A DNA stretch of 32,610 nt, taken from positions 1-32,610 of the forward strand of contig NW_021832805.1 in NCBI RefSeq assembly GCF_006345805.1. The letters are read 5' to 3'. Of the stretch, positions 21,515-32,610 are shown in pieces; the stretch's first letter is position 1; every line of letters begins with the position of its first letter. Both the position numbers and the translations under genes were made by a program. The notes under the pieces are model-generated. The model was not told the origin of the DNA, searched no databases, and worked only from the letters and a program-made list of their open reading frames with translations. The stretch is from Octopus sinensis (Eukaryota).

Positions 21515-21732
21515 CTCTTTTACTCTTTTACTTGTTTCAGTCATTTGACTGCGGCCATGCTGGAGCACCGCCTTTAGTCGAGCAAATCGACCCCGGGAAT
21601 TATTCTTTGTAAGCCCAGTACTTATTCTATCGGTGTCTTTTGCCGAACCGCTAGGTAACGGGGACATAAACACACCAGCATCGGTTGTCAAGCAATGCTA
21701 GGGGGACAAACACAGACACACAAACACACACA

Positions 21733-21785
<53 letters not shown>

Positions 21786-21951
21786 GACAGGCTTCTTTCA
21801 GTTTCCGTCTACCAAATCCACTCAGAAGGCATTGGTCGGCCCGGGGCTATAGCAGAAGACACTTGCCTAAGATGGATGCCACGCAGTGGGACTGAATCCT
21901 GAACCATGTGGTTGGTAAACAAGCTACTTACCACACAGCCACTCCTGCGCC
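21515..21951 (-). mobile_element. tRNA-derived SINE family B
   Basis: Reverse-complement copy of 5457-5951 with an internal (AT)n. Confidence 0.9.
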
Positions 21952-22079
21952 TATATATATATATAAATATATGGAAAATTATGCATTTCTGTATGTATGT
22001 CTGTATGCATATAGGTACATATTGATGGATTGAGGGATGTTTGTGTATGTGGATATATATAGAGCGAGAGGCGGAAAAG

Positions 22080-22105
22080 TAGATAAATAGAGAGATAGAT
22101 AGACT

Positions 22106-22179
<74 letters not shown>

Positions 22180-22200
22180 GAGATAGAGAGATAGATAGAG

Positions 22201-22275
<75 letters not shown>

Positions 22276-22321
22276 CAGAGAGATAGATAGATAGATAGAC
22301 AGAGATATAGAGAGATAGATA
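22080..22321. repeat. (GATA)n microsatellite
   Basis: Direct reading. Confidence 0.98.
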
Positions 22322-22395
22322 TATTGCTACACGGAAACATATCTCGAAATACGGGAGTCCAACTTCAATATCTCCCATCACTAGCCTTACGTGAT

Positions 22396-22442
22396 ACACA
22401 CGGACTCGGGTTTCCGAGTGGTTAACCGTCCTCAGCGTGTGT
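22396..22442 (-). ncRNA. Type I hammerhead ribozyme motif with an intact core and GUC triplet
   Basis: Reverse complement reads acacacg-CTGAGGA-cgg-ttaaccac-tcg-GAAA-c-ccga-g-TC-cgtgtgt. Stem I is a perfect 7 bp. Confidence 0.8.
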
Positions 22443-22788
22443 TAATCCCCAGATAATGATGAAAACTGATTTCACTCTCAAAATACTATAAGCTTTTTTC
22501 AGTGTCAAACTCGCTGATCTGGAAAAAGGGCAAAGGAGAAATAAGCTATATTAAATCGTGAAGGAACGTGATTAGTTTCGTTCCGTCTCTTTGACGATGT
22601 GCGGGGTCAGAGAGATAAGCCAGTAACTTTTAGCATCTGCTCTGCTTCCTCCCTTATGTGTAGGGCATATTATTCCTTCCTTCAGCTATTTTCTTTTCAT
22701 CACGCTGAACCGTTAACCCCTAAAATGTTTTCTTCTCTCTCCGTTTTTTTCCCCTCCTCTCTCCTTTTCATTTTTTCCTTTCTTAATC

Positions 22789-22824
22789 CTTTCTGTCGAA
22801 GAGCGTAGGCTCGAATCAAGAAAG
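22789..22824 (+). ncRNA. Degenerate minimal hammerhead remnant
   Basis: Layout: cttt-CTGTCGA-a-gagc-gtag-gctc-GAAT-caag-aaag. Spacing and stem II match 20121-20157, but core positions are mutated. Confidence 0.4.
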
Positions 22825-22869
22825 CCTTTTCCAGTTTTCCAGTGCGTTAAATTTGTTACCAGCTTGTTG

Positions 22870-22923
<54 letters not shown>

Positions 22924-22976
22924 TACTAATATATGTGTTAGCATATTAAAATACCTTTACGGTTAAAATTATAAAC

Positions 22977-23138
22977 AACTTATAAGTAAGGGCTAAAGAC
23001 AATTATTTCAATGGCAATATGCTGATAACAGACTATTAAATCGTCAATTTCCACATATTATTTACTAAATTGACGATTTAATAGTCTGTTATCAGCATAT
23101 TGCCATTGAAGTAATTTTCCTTAGCCCTTACTTATAAG

Positions 23139-23140
<2 letters not shown>
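22977..23140. repeat. Inverted repeat, 74-bp arms, 16-nt spacer
   Basis: 22977-23050 versus the reverse complement of 23067-23140: 71/74 identical. Confidence 0.95.
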
Positions 23141-23187
<47 letters not shown>

Positions 23188-24316
23188 TAGATGAGAGATA
23201 TGAAAATTTACATACAAGCAGATGCGTATGTGTATTTATGGGTATATACATGAGTACTGTATATATGTATAGCGATGTATATTTATGTATATATGTATAT
23301 GTATGCATCATATAAGCGTGTATGTATTATGTGTATATGTATGCTTCTGAATTTAACTAGATACATAAGCGTATATATATTTACATACGTGTGAATATAG
23401 ATAAACTCACATTTATGCATATATGTGTATAAATAAAATCAAGGCGACAAAGGCTTCACTTGAATTAAACCAAGTTTTTAATATTGCATCATTCAGCGTT
23501 AAGGTTTATCTATGAATTCGCACCGCATACATGAAGTTTGGCAAATAGATCCCTGGAATGTGTTCTTTGACTGATCAACGGAGGCACACTACAGGAGGCT
23601 TGGCACATCTCTTGAGCAAAAAAGTCTAAAAAGAAAAATGACTGAATGTATATTAATAGGACAGCATGCATGACTAAATTTTTAGAATTTTCAAATATAT
23701 AGAATCATAGAGAACAAAATTCCTCTTCGCTGTGCAAAACACGGGAATACTAGCTTTCATTGTGATGGGTATATTTTGCAAAGTATACTCTTCAAATAAA
23801 GAAATAATTGAGGCACAGAAGAACTATGAATGCGGCTAAACAGCTTAATTGTAACAAGACGGTGTAGATTTGGTGAACCATGCATTCATATGAAGCTGTC
23901 CCAAAATGTCATTATTTTCTTTCTTGGTTTTATGTTCTCAACCAGAGGCTTTCAAACTTCTTGGGCCTCATGGTCACATAATACTCCCAGCTTCTATTTT
24001 TATGTATATTTAAATATTTCATATTTTACTAATTTATATATACTATGAATCTTTTGCTATTTAATATAATATATGTTTTTTGTATACAAAACTATAAAAA
24101 TATCATAATAAATTCATAGCGTCCCCCAATCCACTGCCTTCCTCCCAACGCCTCCTTTTTCTCCAGCTACTTTTGCCCCTTTAGGCACCAGCACCCACCT
24201 GGACCGTCTCAACGCTCATCGGGGGGCGGTAGCGCCCATTTTGAGAATCTATGTTCTAAACGATGATAAATTTCCTGAAATTCTATTTGTATGATGTTAT
24301 TTCTATTTTTTCACAG

Positions 24317-24386
24317 AATCGCTTCGTCTCCAAGAGATCTGCCGACGAGGAACATCAGCCTCAGCCAATGCCGCCAATGCTGCCAA
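24317..24386 (+). CDS. Coding exon 2 of short-chain collagen C4-like protein (KR site, Pro-rich linker)
   Basis: Acceptor ttctattttttcacAG. Encodes NRFVSKRSADEEHQPQPMPPMLP, then a phase-1 donor GTAAGA. Phases match exons 1 and 3. Confidence 0.82.
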
Positions 24387-24579
24387 GTAAGAACTAATTT
24401 CATATCATACAAGACAATATGACGAAGAAGAAAAGTTCGGGGATCAGATTAAATAAAAAAATATTTAATTCCAGTCTCTTTTACATAAAATAATCTACCC
24501 GTGTTTCCTCACCTGCTGACTTCTAATTTCCTTAAAGTTGCATTAGTTTTTTTTTTATTACTATCCTTATCTGCACAAC

Positions 24580-24642
<63 letters not shown>

Positions 24643-24973
24643 AGTACCGGAGATGTGATCTCTCTATGTCGTGAAGCAGAGGTTCGAACTGGAGACACTT
24701 CCTGATCGCAGGCTCCTCATTGTGGATGATTGTATTTTCTGTCGTAGTATTTCAGTCATTAGCCAACATTCCTGACCTTAATTAACGATAAGCACAGAAA
24801 CCAAAATAAAGATGGAATGTTTAACTGGGAATCTTGCTGCTAAAGCTAGCATTTGCTAAATAAAAGGATATTTATTATTATTTTTGTTTTAAATTCTAAC
24901 TTCAGCATTATTATCTAAGGCTTTCTATCTTCCTTCTCTACACTTTTCCAAGATTAATTGTTGCATTTCTGTA

Positions 24974-25148
24974 CAGGAGTGGCTGTGTGGTAAGTAGCTT
25001 GTTTACCAACCACATGGTTCCGGGTTCAGTCCCACTGCGTGGCACCTTGGGCAAGTGTCTTCTACTATAGCCTCGGGCCGACCAATGCCTTGTGAGTTGA
25101 TTTGGTAGACGGAAACTGAAAGAAGCTCGTCGTATATATGTATATATA

Positions 25149-25218
<70 letters not shown>

Positions 25219-25443
25219 AGCGTGTGTGTGTGTTTGTGTGTCTGTGTTTGTCTCCCTAGCATTGCTTGACAACCGATGCTGGTGTGTTTATGTCTCCGTT
25301 ACTTAGCGGTTCGGCAAAAGAGACCGATAGAATAAGTGCTGGGCTTACAAAAAGAATAAGTCCGGGGTCGAGTTGCTCGATTAAAGGCGCTGCTCCAGCA
25401 TGGCCGCGGTCAGATGACTGAAACAAGTAAAAGAGTAAAGAGT
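24974..25443 (+). mobile_element. tRNA-derived SINE family B
   Basis: Same two halves and internal (AT)n as 5457-5951. Confidence 0.9.
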
Positions 25444-26427
25444 ATCCAGATTCAATATTTAAAGATATTCTAGAATTCTGCACCCTTATTTTTCATTCTA
25501 GTTCTTCTTTTATCCTAATTAATTCTGAATGAAGAACAAAATGTGGTACTCTTGTAAATATCTTTCAAATACTGATATTTTTCGAAGGTTAAATTCAGTT
25601 TGCACCTAAAAATAACTAAGAATTAGCACATATAAATATATTTTGAAACAATTTTTATAATAAAATAATGTTATATACTAATTAAACCATTATCAATTAG
25701 TTGTTGTAATGAGAGAAAATTTAGTTTTTAAAATCTTTTTAATATCTACATATTTAATACATAAAAAGAATGAAAAGAATTATTATATAATCGCTAAAAG
25801 TTTCGTAACTATTGTATGCTTAATGTTTTCAGAAGGATCTTTTCTCCAACTGTTTCGTCACGATTAACGTTTGTCTTGAAAATCAAATGATAAGTGTCTT
25901 CTCTGGAAAAGATATATTTTGATTTCTGAAAATATATACTTATACTTTTGCCCATTTGAAGACATGGCACTGATTTTATAGCAAATATTCTTTGACGAGG
26001 TTTTCACCATAAGATTCTTCTCATAGTGCTCATTCACCTAGTAAAGGGTGTCGGGGGGAAGCGGCTAATATCGGCTAGTGAGAATCGAACCCCATACTCG
26101 CAAACTCCGTTTAGGCACTGACTACCATCAAGCTAAGCAATCAATAAACTCAAACAATGTATTATTATATAACACTAAAAAGATTAAATGACAAAAATAT
26201 TTTTTCCCAGGCAAAAATCTTTTCGGCGAGGTTTTCATCGACGAGCATAATCTTTTAATCCCAATTAATCTATAAATTCCTTTTATAAAAAATTAACATA
26301 TTCTGAATCAAAATCAACTCTTCGCCTTACTCTCCCACTTTAACTTGATGTATTTTCACCTAACCTTTTCTTGAATGAGCCAAAACTCAATGGTTCCTTG
26401 ACAACAACGTCAAGAATAGTCTCGAGA

Positions 26428-26446
26428 TTTCCTTCCTTTCATTCCT

Positions 26447-26483
<37 letters not shown>

Positions 26484-26548
26484 TTTCTTCTTTCTTTCTT
26501 TCCTTCTTTCCTTCCTTCCTTCCTTCCTTCTCTCATTCTTCCTTTCAT

Positions 26549-26593
<45 letters not shown>

Positions 26594-27243
26594 TTTCTTC
26601 TTTCCTTCCTTCCTTCCTTCCTTCTCTCTTTCCTTCCTTCTTTCTTTCTTTCTTTCTTTCCTTCTGTCTTTCCTTCTTCCTTTCCTTCCTTCCTTTCCTT
26701 CTTCCTTTCCTTCTTTCCATTCTTCCTTCCCTCCTTCTCTCCTTCTTTCCTTCTTTCTTTCCTTCTTCCTTTCCTTTCTTCCTTTCCTTCATTCTTTCCT
26801 TCTTTCCATTCTTCCTTCCCTCCTTCCCTCCTTCTTCCTTTCCTTTCTTCCTTTCTTTCTTTCTTCCGTTCTTTCTTTCCGTCTTTCGTTCGTTCGTTCC
26901 TTCCTCCTTCCTTCCTTTCTTTCTTCCTTTCTTCCATTCCTTCTTCCTTTCCTTCTTCCTTTCCTTCTTTCCATTCTACTTTCCCTCCTTCCCTCCTTCT
27001 TTCCGTCTTCCTTTCCTTCTTCCTTCGCTTCTTCCTTTCCTTCTTTCCATTCTTCCTTCCCTCATTCCCTCCTTCCCTCCTTCTTCCTTTCCTTCCTTCC
27101 TTTCTTTCTTTCTTTCTTTCTTTCTTTCCTTCTTTCCATTCTTTCTTCCCTCCTTCCCTCCTTCTTCCTTTCCTTTCTTCCTTTCCTTCTTCCTTTCTTT
27201 CTTTCCATTCTTCCTTCCCTCCTTCCCTCCTTCTTTCTTCTCT
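26428..27243. repeat. Polypyrimidine (CTTT/CCTT)n tract
   Basis: About 815 nt almost devoid of purines on the + strand. Confidence 0.98.
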
Positions 27244-27389
27244 ATCAGTGACCCACCTATCCCCACCCCCACTTCCTTCCTTCTAATCATTGTCTCCCCA
27301 ATTCATTAATTCCCAGCCAAGAATTTCTTTCCTAAATGTTTGACCAGTTATTTCTGCTACACTCCATTGCTCCTGTTTTACTTTCACAG

Positions 27390-27464
27390 TACCCGGTCCT
27401 GGATCCCTGTATACCCGGTGGGGTAGAACAACCTGTCCATGTAATTCACGTCTGGTATACGATG
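27390..27464 (+). CDS. Coding exon 3 of short-chain collagen C4-like protein
   Basis: Acceptor ttttactttcacAG. Encodes (I)[24 protein letters not shown](G), including the family-typical YxRWGRxxCP motif. Donor GTTAGT; phase 1-1, 75 nt. Confidence 0.93.
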
Positions 27465-27480
27465 GTTAGTATATTTCGTA

Positions 27481-28415
27481 TTTCTATTCTCTCTTTCCCT
27501 CCCTCCCTTTCTTCCTTTCTTTCTTCCTTTCTTTCTTCCTTTCTTCCTTTCTTTCTTCCTTTCTTCCTTTCTTTCTTCCTTTCTTCCTTTCTTTCTTCTT
27601 TCTTTCTTCCTTTCTTCCTTTCTTCCTTTCCTTCTTCCTTCTTCCTTTCTTCCTTTCTTCCTTTCTTCCTTTCTTCCTTTCTTCCTTCTTCCTGCATTCC
27701 ATCTTTCTTCATTCCTTCTTTCTTCCTTCCTTCCTTCTTCCTTTCTTTCTTCCTTTCTTCCTTTCTTCCTTCCTTTCTTTCTTCCTTCCTTCCTTCCTTC
27801 CTTTCTTTCTTCCTTTCTTCCTTTCTTTCTTCCTTTCTTTCTTCCTTTCTTCCTTTCTTCTTCCTTTCTTTCTTCCTTCCTTTCTTTCTTCCTTTCTTCC
27901 TTTCTTTCTTCCTTTCTTCCTTTCTTTCTTCGTTTCTTCCTTTCTTTCTTCCTTTCTTCGTTTCTTCGTTTCTTCGTTTCTTTCTTTCTTCCTTTCTTTC
28001 TTCCTTTCTTTCTTCCTTTCTTCCTTTCTTTCTTCCTTTCTTACTTTCTTTCTCCCTTCCTTTCTTCCTTTCTTCCTTCCTTCCTTTCTTCCTTTCTTCC
28101 TTTCTTCCTTCCTTCTTCCTTCATTCCTTCTTTCTTCATTCCTTCTTTCTTCCTTCTTCCTTTCTTTCTTCCTTTCTTCCTTCCTTTCTTTCTTCCTTCC
28201 TTCCTTCCTTTCTTCCTTTCTTCCTTTCTTCTTTCCTTCCTTCCTTCTACCTTCCTTTCTTCCTTCTTTTCCTTCCTTCCTTCCTTCCTTCCTTCCTTTT
28301 TTCTTTCCTTCTTTCTTTCTTTGTCTCTCTCTCTCTCCCTCTTTCCATTCAACCCTCTTTCTTTCTAATTCTCTCTCTCTCTCTCTGTCTATCTCTCTCT
28401 CCCTCCTCCTTTCTT
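27481..28415. repeat. Polypyrimidine (CTTT/CTTCCTTT)n tract
   Basis: About 935 nt almost devoid of purines on the + strand. Confidence 0.98.
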
Positions 28416-29916
28416 ATCTACACAAACGTTTATCCTATCACAGCATATCACGTTTTAAACACCTCTTGTAGATTCTCTCTGAGATTACTCAACACTACTT
28501 ACTCCGTTGAATTTATTTGATCTCACGAGAAGTATAAATGTGGCCAAGTACGATCACATGACCAGGATGCCATCTTATGTAGACGTGAACGCAAACACAG
28601 AATGTAAATTTCTTTCTGACAAACTACAAATACTGACCGAAAAGATGTCCTCTACAACAACGAAGTATACCAGTTTGACTAACCATACATTAGAGAATTA
28701 AAAATAGTAATGGGCAGTAGAATTATACATGAGTGACCACTGATGAGTGCTTGATTGACACTAATTAGAGTACCTAATCCTTGCAGGTGTTGGCTAATTA
28801 AAACACAAACTGTTTACGTTGATTCTAGTGACAACGGATTGTAAGTGGAGAGTAAAGTGATTAGTGTCCAACGTGGAGTAAACACCCCACATATCCTAAT
28901 TCATGAACCCAGGTAACTGAAGATTGTATTCATTAACTAAAACATAAGGAGACTGGGAATATTTGTAAGAGAGACCACAGCTGATTACCGACGAACCTTC
29001 CCTGCCTCACCAAACACGTATTATCCCTCAAATCATTCACATTCTAACAGACCCTTCTCACCGCCTAATTCCTCAGTGCATCATCATAAGGAGATCACGA
29101 CGGTCATTTATTAGCTAAAATACAAACAGACTGTATATATTAGTAAGAAAGTCTACTGATGAATACTGAGCTTAGTCCGTCTATTCTTCACCGCTTCACC
29201 GAAATCGCCTTATTCAAATCTTTCCCTTTTACGTGACATCTGACCAGGTAATCTCTCTAGTGCATCACGGTGAGGAAATTCTGATTTTTCCAAACGGAAA
29301 CCGCTTTTTCTCACCTCTTCCCCAATCAAATTCACTGCCTTTAAACACCATTCGTTTTTGCTTCTATGCGGTCTCCGTGAACATGTGAACAGAAACGTCT
29401 TCTCCATATTGGGGAAAATAGCTAAATGCCTTACACAGGGTCCTTCCTTTCTCAAACTACTGACATCCGCACAGAGAAACATCTAAACACATGCGTCAAG
29501 ATATATTAATGCACATCACCTACACAAATACCTAAGCGCACACCTACAACATATCTATACATATATAAGCAAGCGACACACACAACTGCTAAGTGAATGA
29601 CGCGCACTCCGACAGCAACACAGTTTAAGCTCGCATAGTCACTAACGTAAACTCGCAAAACGTACACAGGTAAGTATAGTCAACATATATGCACACACAC
29701 ACACACAAACACACACACGAACCCACAAAGGCACACACATGTATCTGCTTAATTAACCACGCATATGAAAACGATATGGAAGCTATTTGTGTCTGTTTAT
29801 AATCGCAATCTTATTGAAAGCTTATATTCAAGGATTTCTTTTAATCCGCGCTTATCTTATTCACATATAACTTTATTTGATATCTTATTTACTCGATATA
29901 TTCTTACCAATTCTAG

Positions 29917-30416
29917 GTGTGGTTGGAGGACAATTCTATACACAATCAGGTGGCGGAAGTAATCTCTTATGTCTACCTAACGACCCCATTTGGGCCAATT
30001 TCACTGACGGATATCAAAAAGCGGGTTACATATATGGCACCGAATATGAAATAAGCATATACGGTTCGAAAAAAATCTTTTCTTATGCTAACGCTCAAGC
30101 AATTCATGATCACAACGTTCCGTGCGCTGTCTGTTTGACACAACAACCTGCTGTTGTTATGATGTTACCAGCCAGGACAAAGTGTTACGATGGTTGGAGA
30201 GTTGAGTATTCGGGATATTTGATGACCGAGCGTCACAATCATAAAGGCAGACATGAATATGTGTGTGTGGATTATGCACCAGAAGCTGATCCAGCTGGTT
30301 ACAGAAACGAAAATGGAGCTTTATTATATTTCGTTGAGGCTACGTGTGGTTCATTGCCATGTCCACCGTATGTCGAAGGTCGCGAATTAACCTGCGTTGT
30401 GTGCAGTAAATATTGA
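29917..30416 (+). CDS. Terminal coding exon of short-chain collagen C4-like protein (spongin short-chain collagen NC1-related domain)
   Basis: Acceptor ttcttaccaattctAG. Encodes GGGSNLLCLP, IYGTEYE, HDHNVPCAVC, LPARTKCYDGWRVEYSGYLM, YVCVD, GALLYFVEATCGSLPCPPY and RELTCVVCSK, then a TGA stop. Confidence 0.96.
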
Positions 30417-30702
30417 AAAGAATATAATAGAAATAGCTTCTATGAAACTTTATGTTGCCCAGTTACAATCATAATATAGTATCATAAAACAATATAGAAA
30501 TTTTTAATTCTTTATAATATTTTATTCGTGCTGTGTAAATCGTTAAAATAATCTGTCCTACTAGCCGAAAGAAAAATATTCCAACCGAGAGAAAATAAAC
30601 ACCAGAAAATGTGAGAATTATGCTTATAGGACAATGCAAAGCTGGGCGAATAATTCTCGAAAGACATTGTATAAGGATCAGTTTATCATCCTAAAATATG
30701 GA

Positions 30703-30708
30703 AATAAA
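30703..30708 (+). promoter_or_regulatory. Candidate polyadenylation signal
   Basis: AATAAA followed by U/GU-rich sequence. A second AATAAA lies at 30594-30599. Confidence 0.45.
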
Positions 30709-30854
30709 ATGATTTTTGTTTAATTGTATTTTGTGTTCTCTTTTAAATACCAAGAAAGTCAAATTGAAATAACCACATAGAAATATAAGATCTCTTCATG
30801 ATTTTTGACAGGAATGCATGTAATGGTCATCTCATCCATGTTCAACATATAGCT

Positions 30855-31880
30855 GTGTCGCAACCCCGCCACAAAATCAATGAAGATTCTCATAATCGGA
30901 ACACGCAACACTCACATCCTTGTACCAGTGCTTAAACACCGATGCACAAGAAGAACAAATGAAATCACCTGTGAACCTCAAATCTGGTGAATTATCTCAC
31001 TCAAGAGCAGGAATGCAAAAGACAGAGTAAAGAAAGCAAAACGACGTACAAATATACTCAGAGTAAACAAGGATACTATCCAATAGGATTCATCGTACTA
31101 TGTTGGAGTGTGTAGAACGGTCCTTAAATGAACGAAGATACTGTAGCGTTGAGAAGATGGATATTTGGCTGGCACCAATTCCCCCATCCAACTACTTGCG
31201 TGGCATAAGAATGCTCGACCACGACAACAAAAATGATGATAATGTGAAAACGCAATATCTAATTTGGCAAATGAATATTGGGACGTTTAATATAGCGCTG
31301 TCGGTCAGTTAGCCTTTGATGTAATGAGGCAGAGCTGCTTTTAGTAACTTATCATATGAATCAACCTAAATAGATATTTGTGTGCATGCTCAGCCCAATA
31401 TATAAGGCTGTTGGCAACTAAACCGCCAACCCTGTCAAGCCTGCTTAGTATAAAAACTGATTATCGTCGGATAACGTGCAGGATGATAAACGAAGCTTGG
31501 TCAAAGGACGGATGACCTCAGTTTAGTTATCGTCCATTCAGCGGCATGGGATGAGGGACACTTGGCCATTGGGATTGAAGGAGCCATTATTCTCGTTAGC
31601 AAGTCTTTCTAGGAGCAGGGAAACGTCTATAAAACCACAAACCTGAAGTGCAGCTGGCTGTCTGATTGTCTCCACTTCTGTTGTGCAACTGGTGCTATAT
31701 ATGGTCGTGCTGTAAAGTTGGGTTCACTGCTGTGCATCTTTGTTCACTCAAAACAAATTCACGCGGCGCAAAAAAACGTCTTAGATTCTTGGAACGGTAC
31801 ACGCGGGTACAGAAATCCCAGCGGCCAAGGGAGGCCAGTGTAGCATACAGGTCTAGGAAGCTGAGAGTCTGTAATTACTA
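30855..31880 (+). mobile_element. Decayed RTE-like LINE 5' region with the shared upstream module; paralog of 13085-14030
   Basis: Similarity to 13085-14030. Near 31770-31800, aaacgtcttagattcttggaacggtac resembles the start of an APE domain (..GTWNVR). Confidence 0.5.
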
Positions 31881-32183
31881 ACTTACAAGTGGCGGCTTGT
31901 GATATTGGTGTGAAATTAATTGCTGATCTTAACTTTGTTTCTTAGGATCAATAGAAAATACGGTGAGAAAATACATTGGAAATGTGAAAATAGAGAATGA
32001 ATGCAAGAGTGCATTCCGTGCAGGAAAATGATAATCTATCTTTATGTAAAACATTCGGCAAGCATTGTCATGCTTGTCATCCTTGAAAACCAAAAGGTTA
32101 CATTGCCAAAAACGAAATGGAAATCACGAACCACTAATTGACAAACTCTGGCACGGTGGTTAATTGCAGATAATGATAATGCA

Positions 32184-32610
32184 TTGGTATTGATGCCGGC
32201 GCCATGGAATTTGTCTCACAATATTAGAGGTTGGAGGGAAAAGAAAAGCCAAACTCTCCCGATCCCAACCGGAAGAAGTGGGTATATAATACCTGAAGAA
32301 TATAAATTTCTTGAAAATGGTGAGAAGTTTCTATTAGACGATAGTGTTGAAGATAATCCGGAGAGAATTTTAGTGTTTGGCACACAAGCTTGGTTAGACG
32401 ATCTTGAGAATAATAAGGATTCGGCTTGTGTGGTACTTTTAAAAATCAGCGAAGATATATATTATCAGTTGTTCACATTACATATTGTCATAGGAAATAT
32501 TAGCACGCCACGTCTTTTTGTAACATGCAAAAAAGTTTTTTAGCGCTTTGAAGGACTTACACCCATCATGAGAGCTCGAAAGCTTAATGGTTGATTTCAA
32601 GAAAGCAATT
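32184..32610 (+). pseudogene. MULE (Mutator-like) transposase fragment
   Basis: IPEEY...GEKFLLDDS...RILVFGT...YYQLFTLH...TPRLF, and after a stop SLMVDFKKAI (DFE.A-like). The catalytic DGTF region is degraded. It runs off the window end. Confidence 0.78.

Noticed and set aside
23943-24253. Possible hAT/Charlie-like MITE ends (cagaggctttcaaactt ... ttgagaatctatg)
   Set aside because: The two ends do not match each other well and no 8-bp TSD was found.
26371-28520. 312-aa and 394-aa F/L/S/P-rich ORFs and K/E/R/G-rich antisense ORFs
   Set aside because: Polypyrimidine tract read-through. The real exon 3 lies in a different frame within the second ORF.
28500-28640. KYKCGQ...DAILC...H...C, faintly PHD-finger-like (LINE ORF1?)
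   Set aside because: Needs several frameshifts and lacks key residues; not supportable without a profile search.
28735-29200. CTGATGA at about 28740 and about 29156, CTGAAGA at about 28916
   Set aside because: No correctly placed GAAA or NUH with pairing.
29877-29916. N-terminal extension MISYLLDIFLPIL of ORF 29877-30416
   Set aside because: Intronic polypyrimidine tract. The AG at 29915-29916 joins exon 3 in frame and restores the conserved motif.
32290-32320. CTGAAGA...GAAA
   Set aside because: Coding sequence of the MULE fragment (PEEYKFLEN), with no stem III.

Overview
Eukaryotic genomic DNA that is AT-rich and saturated with microsatellites. The SINE and LINE complement looks like a coleoid cephalopod, most likely Octopus (recognised from memory, not from a search). 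It contains one host gene, which I assembled by hand from four exons on the + strand: 18701-18844, 24317-24386, 27390-27464 and 29917-30416. All introns are GT-AG and phase-compatible, giving 262 aa. The product is a predicted type II membrane protein (TM helix, short stalk, KR site, Pro-rich linker) ending in a spongin short-chain collagen C4-like (NC1-related) domain, with no Gly-X-Y repeats. The rest is transposon debris: RTE LINE fragments, a Neptune-like and a Naiad-like Penelope-like element (PLE), mariner, pogo/Tigger and MULE fragments, and two tRNA-SINE families. The main hidden signal is a swarm of type I hammerhead ribozyme (HHR) motifs between 535 and 23140, from about 8 sequence families. 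Eleven have an exact CUGANGA...GAAA core with stems I-III, and at least four more are variant or degenerate. Nearly all are bounded by (AT)n-type microsatellites, several sit in palindromes, and several lie in intron 1 of the host gene. All folds were derived by eye and none has been tested. Almost all ORFs in the supplied track are microsatellite translation artefacts.
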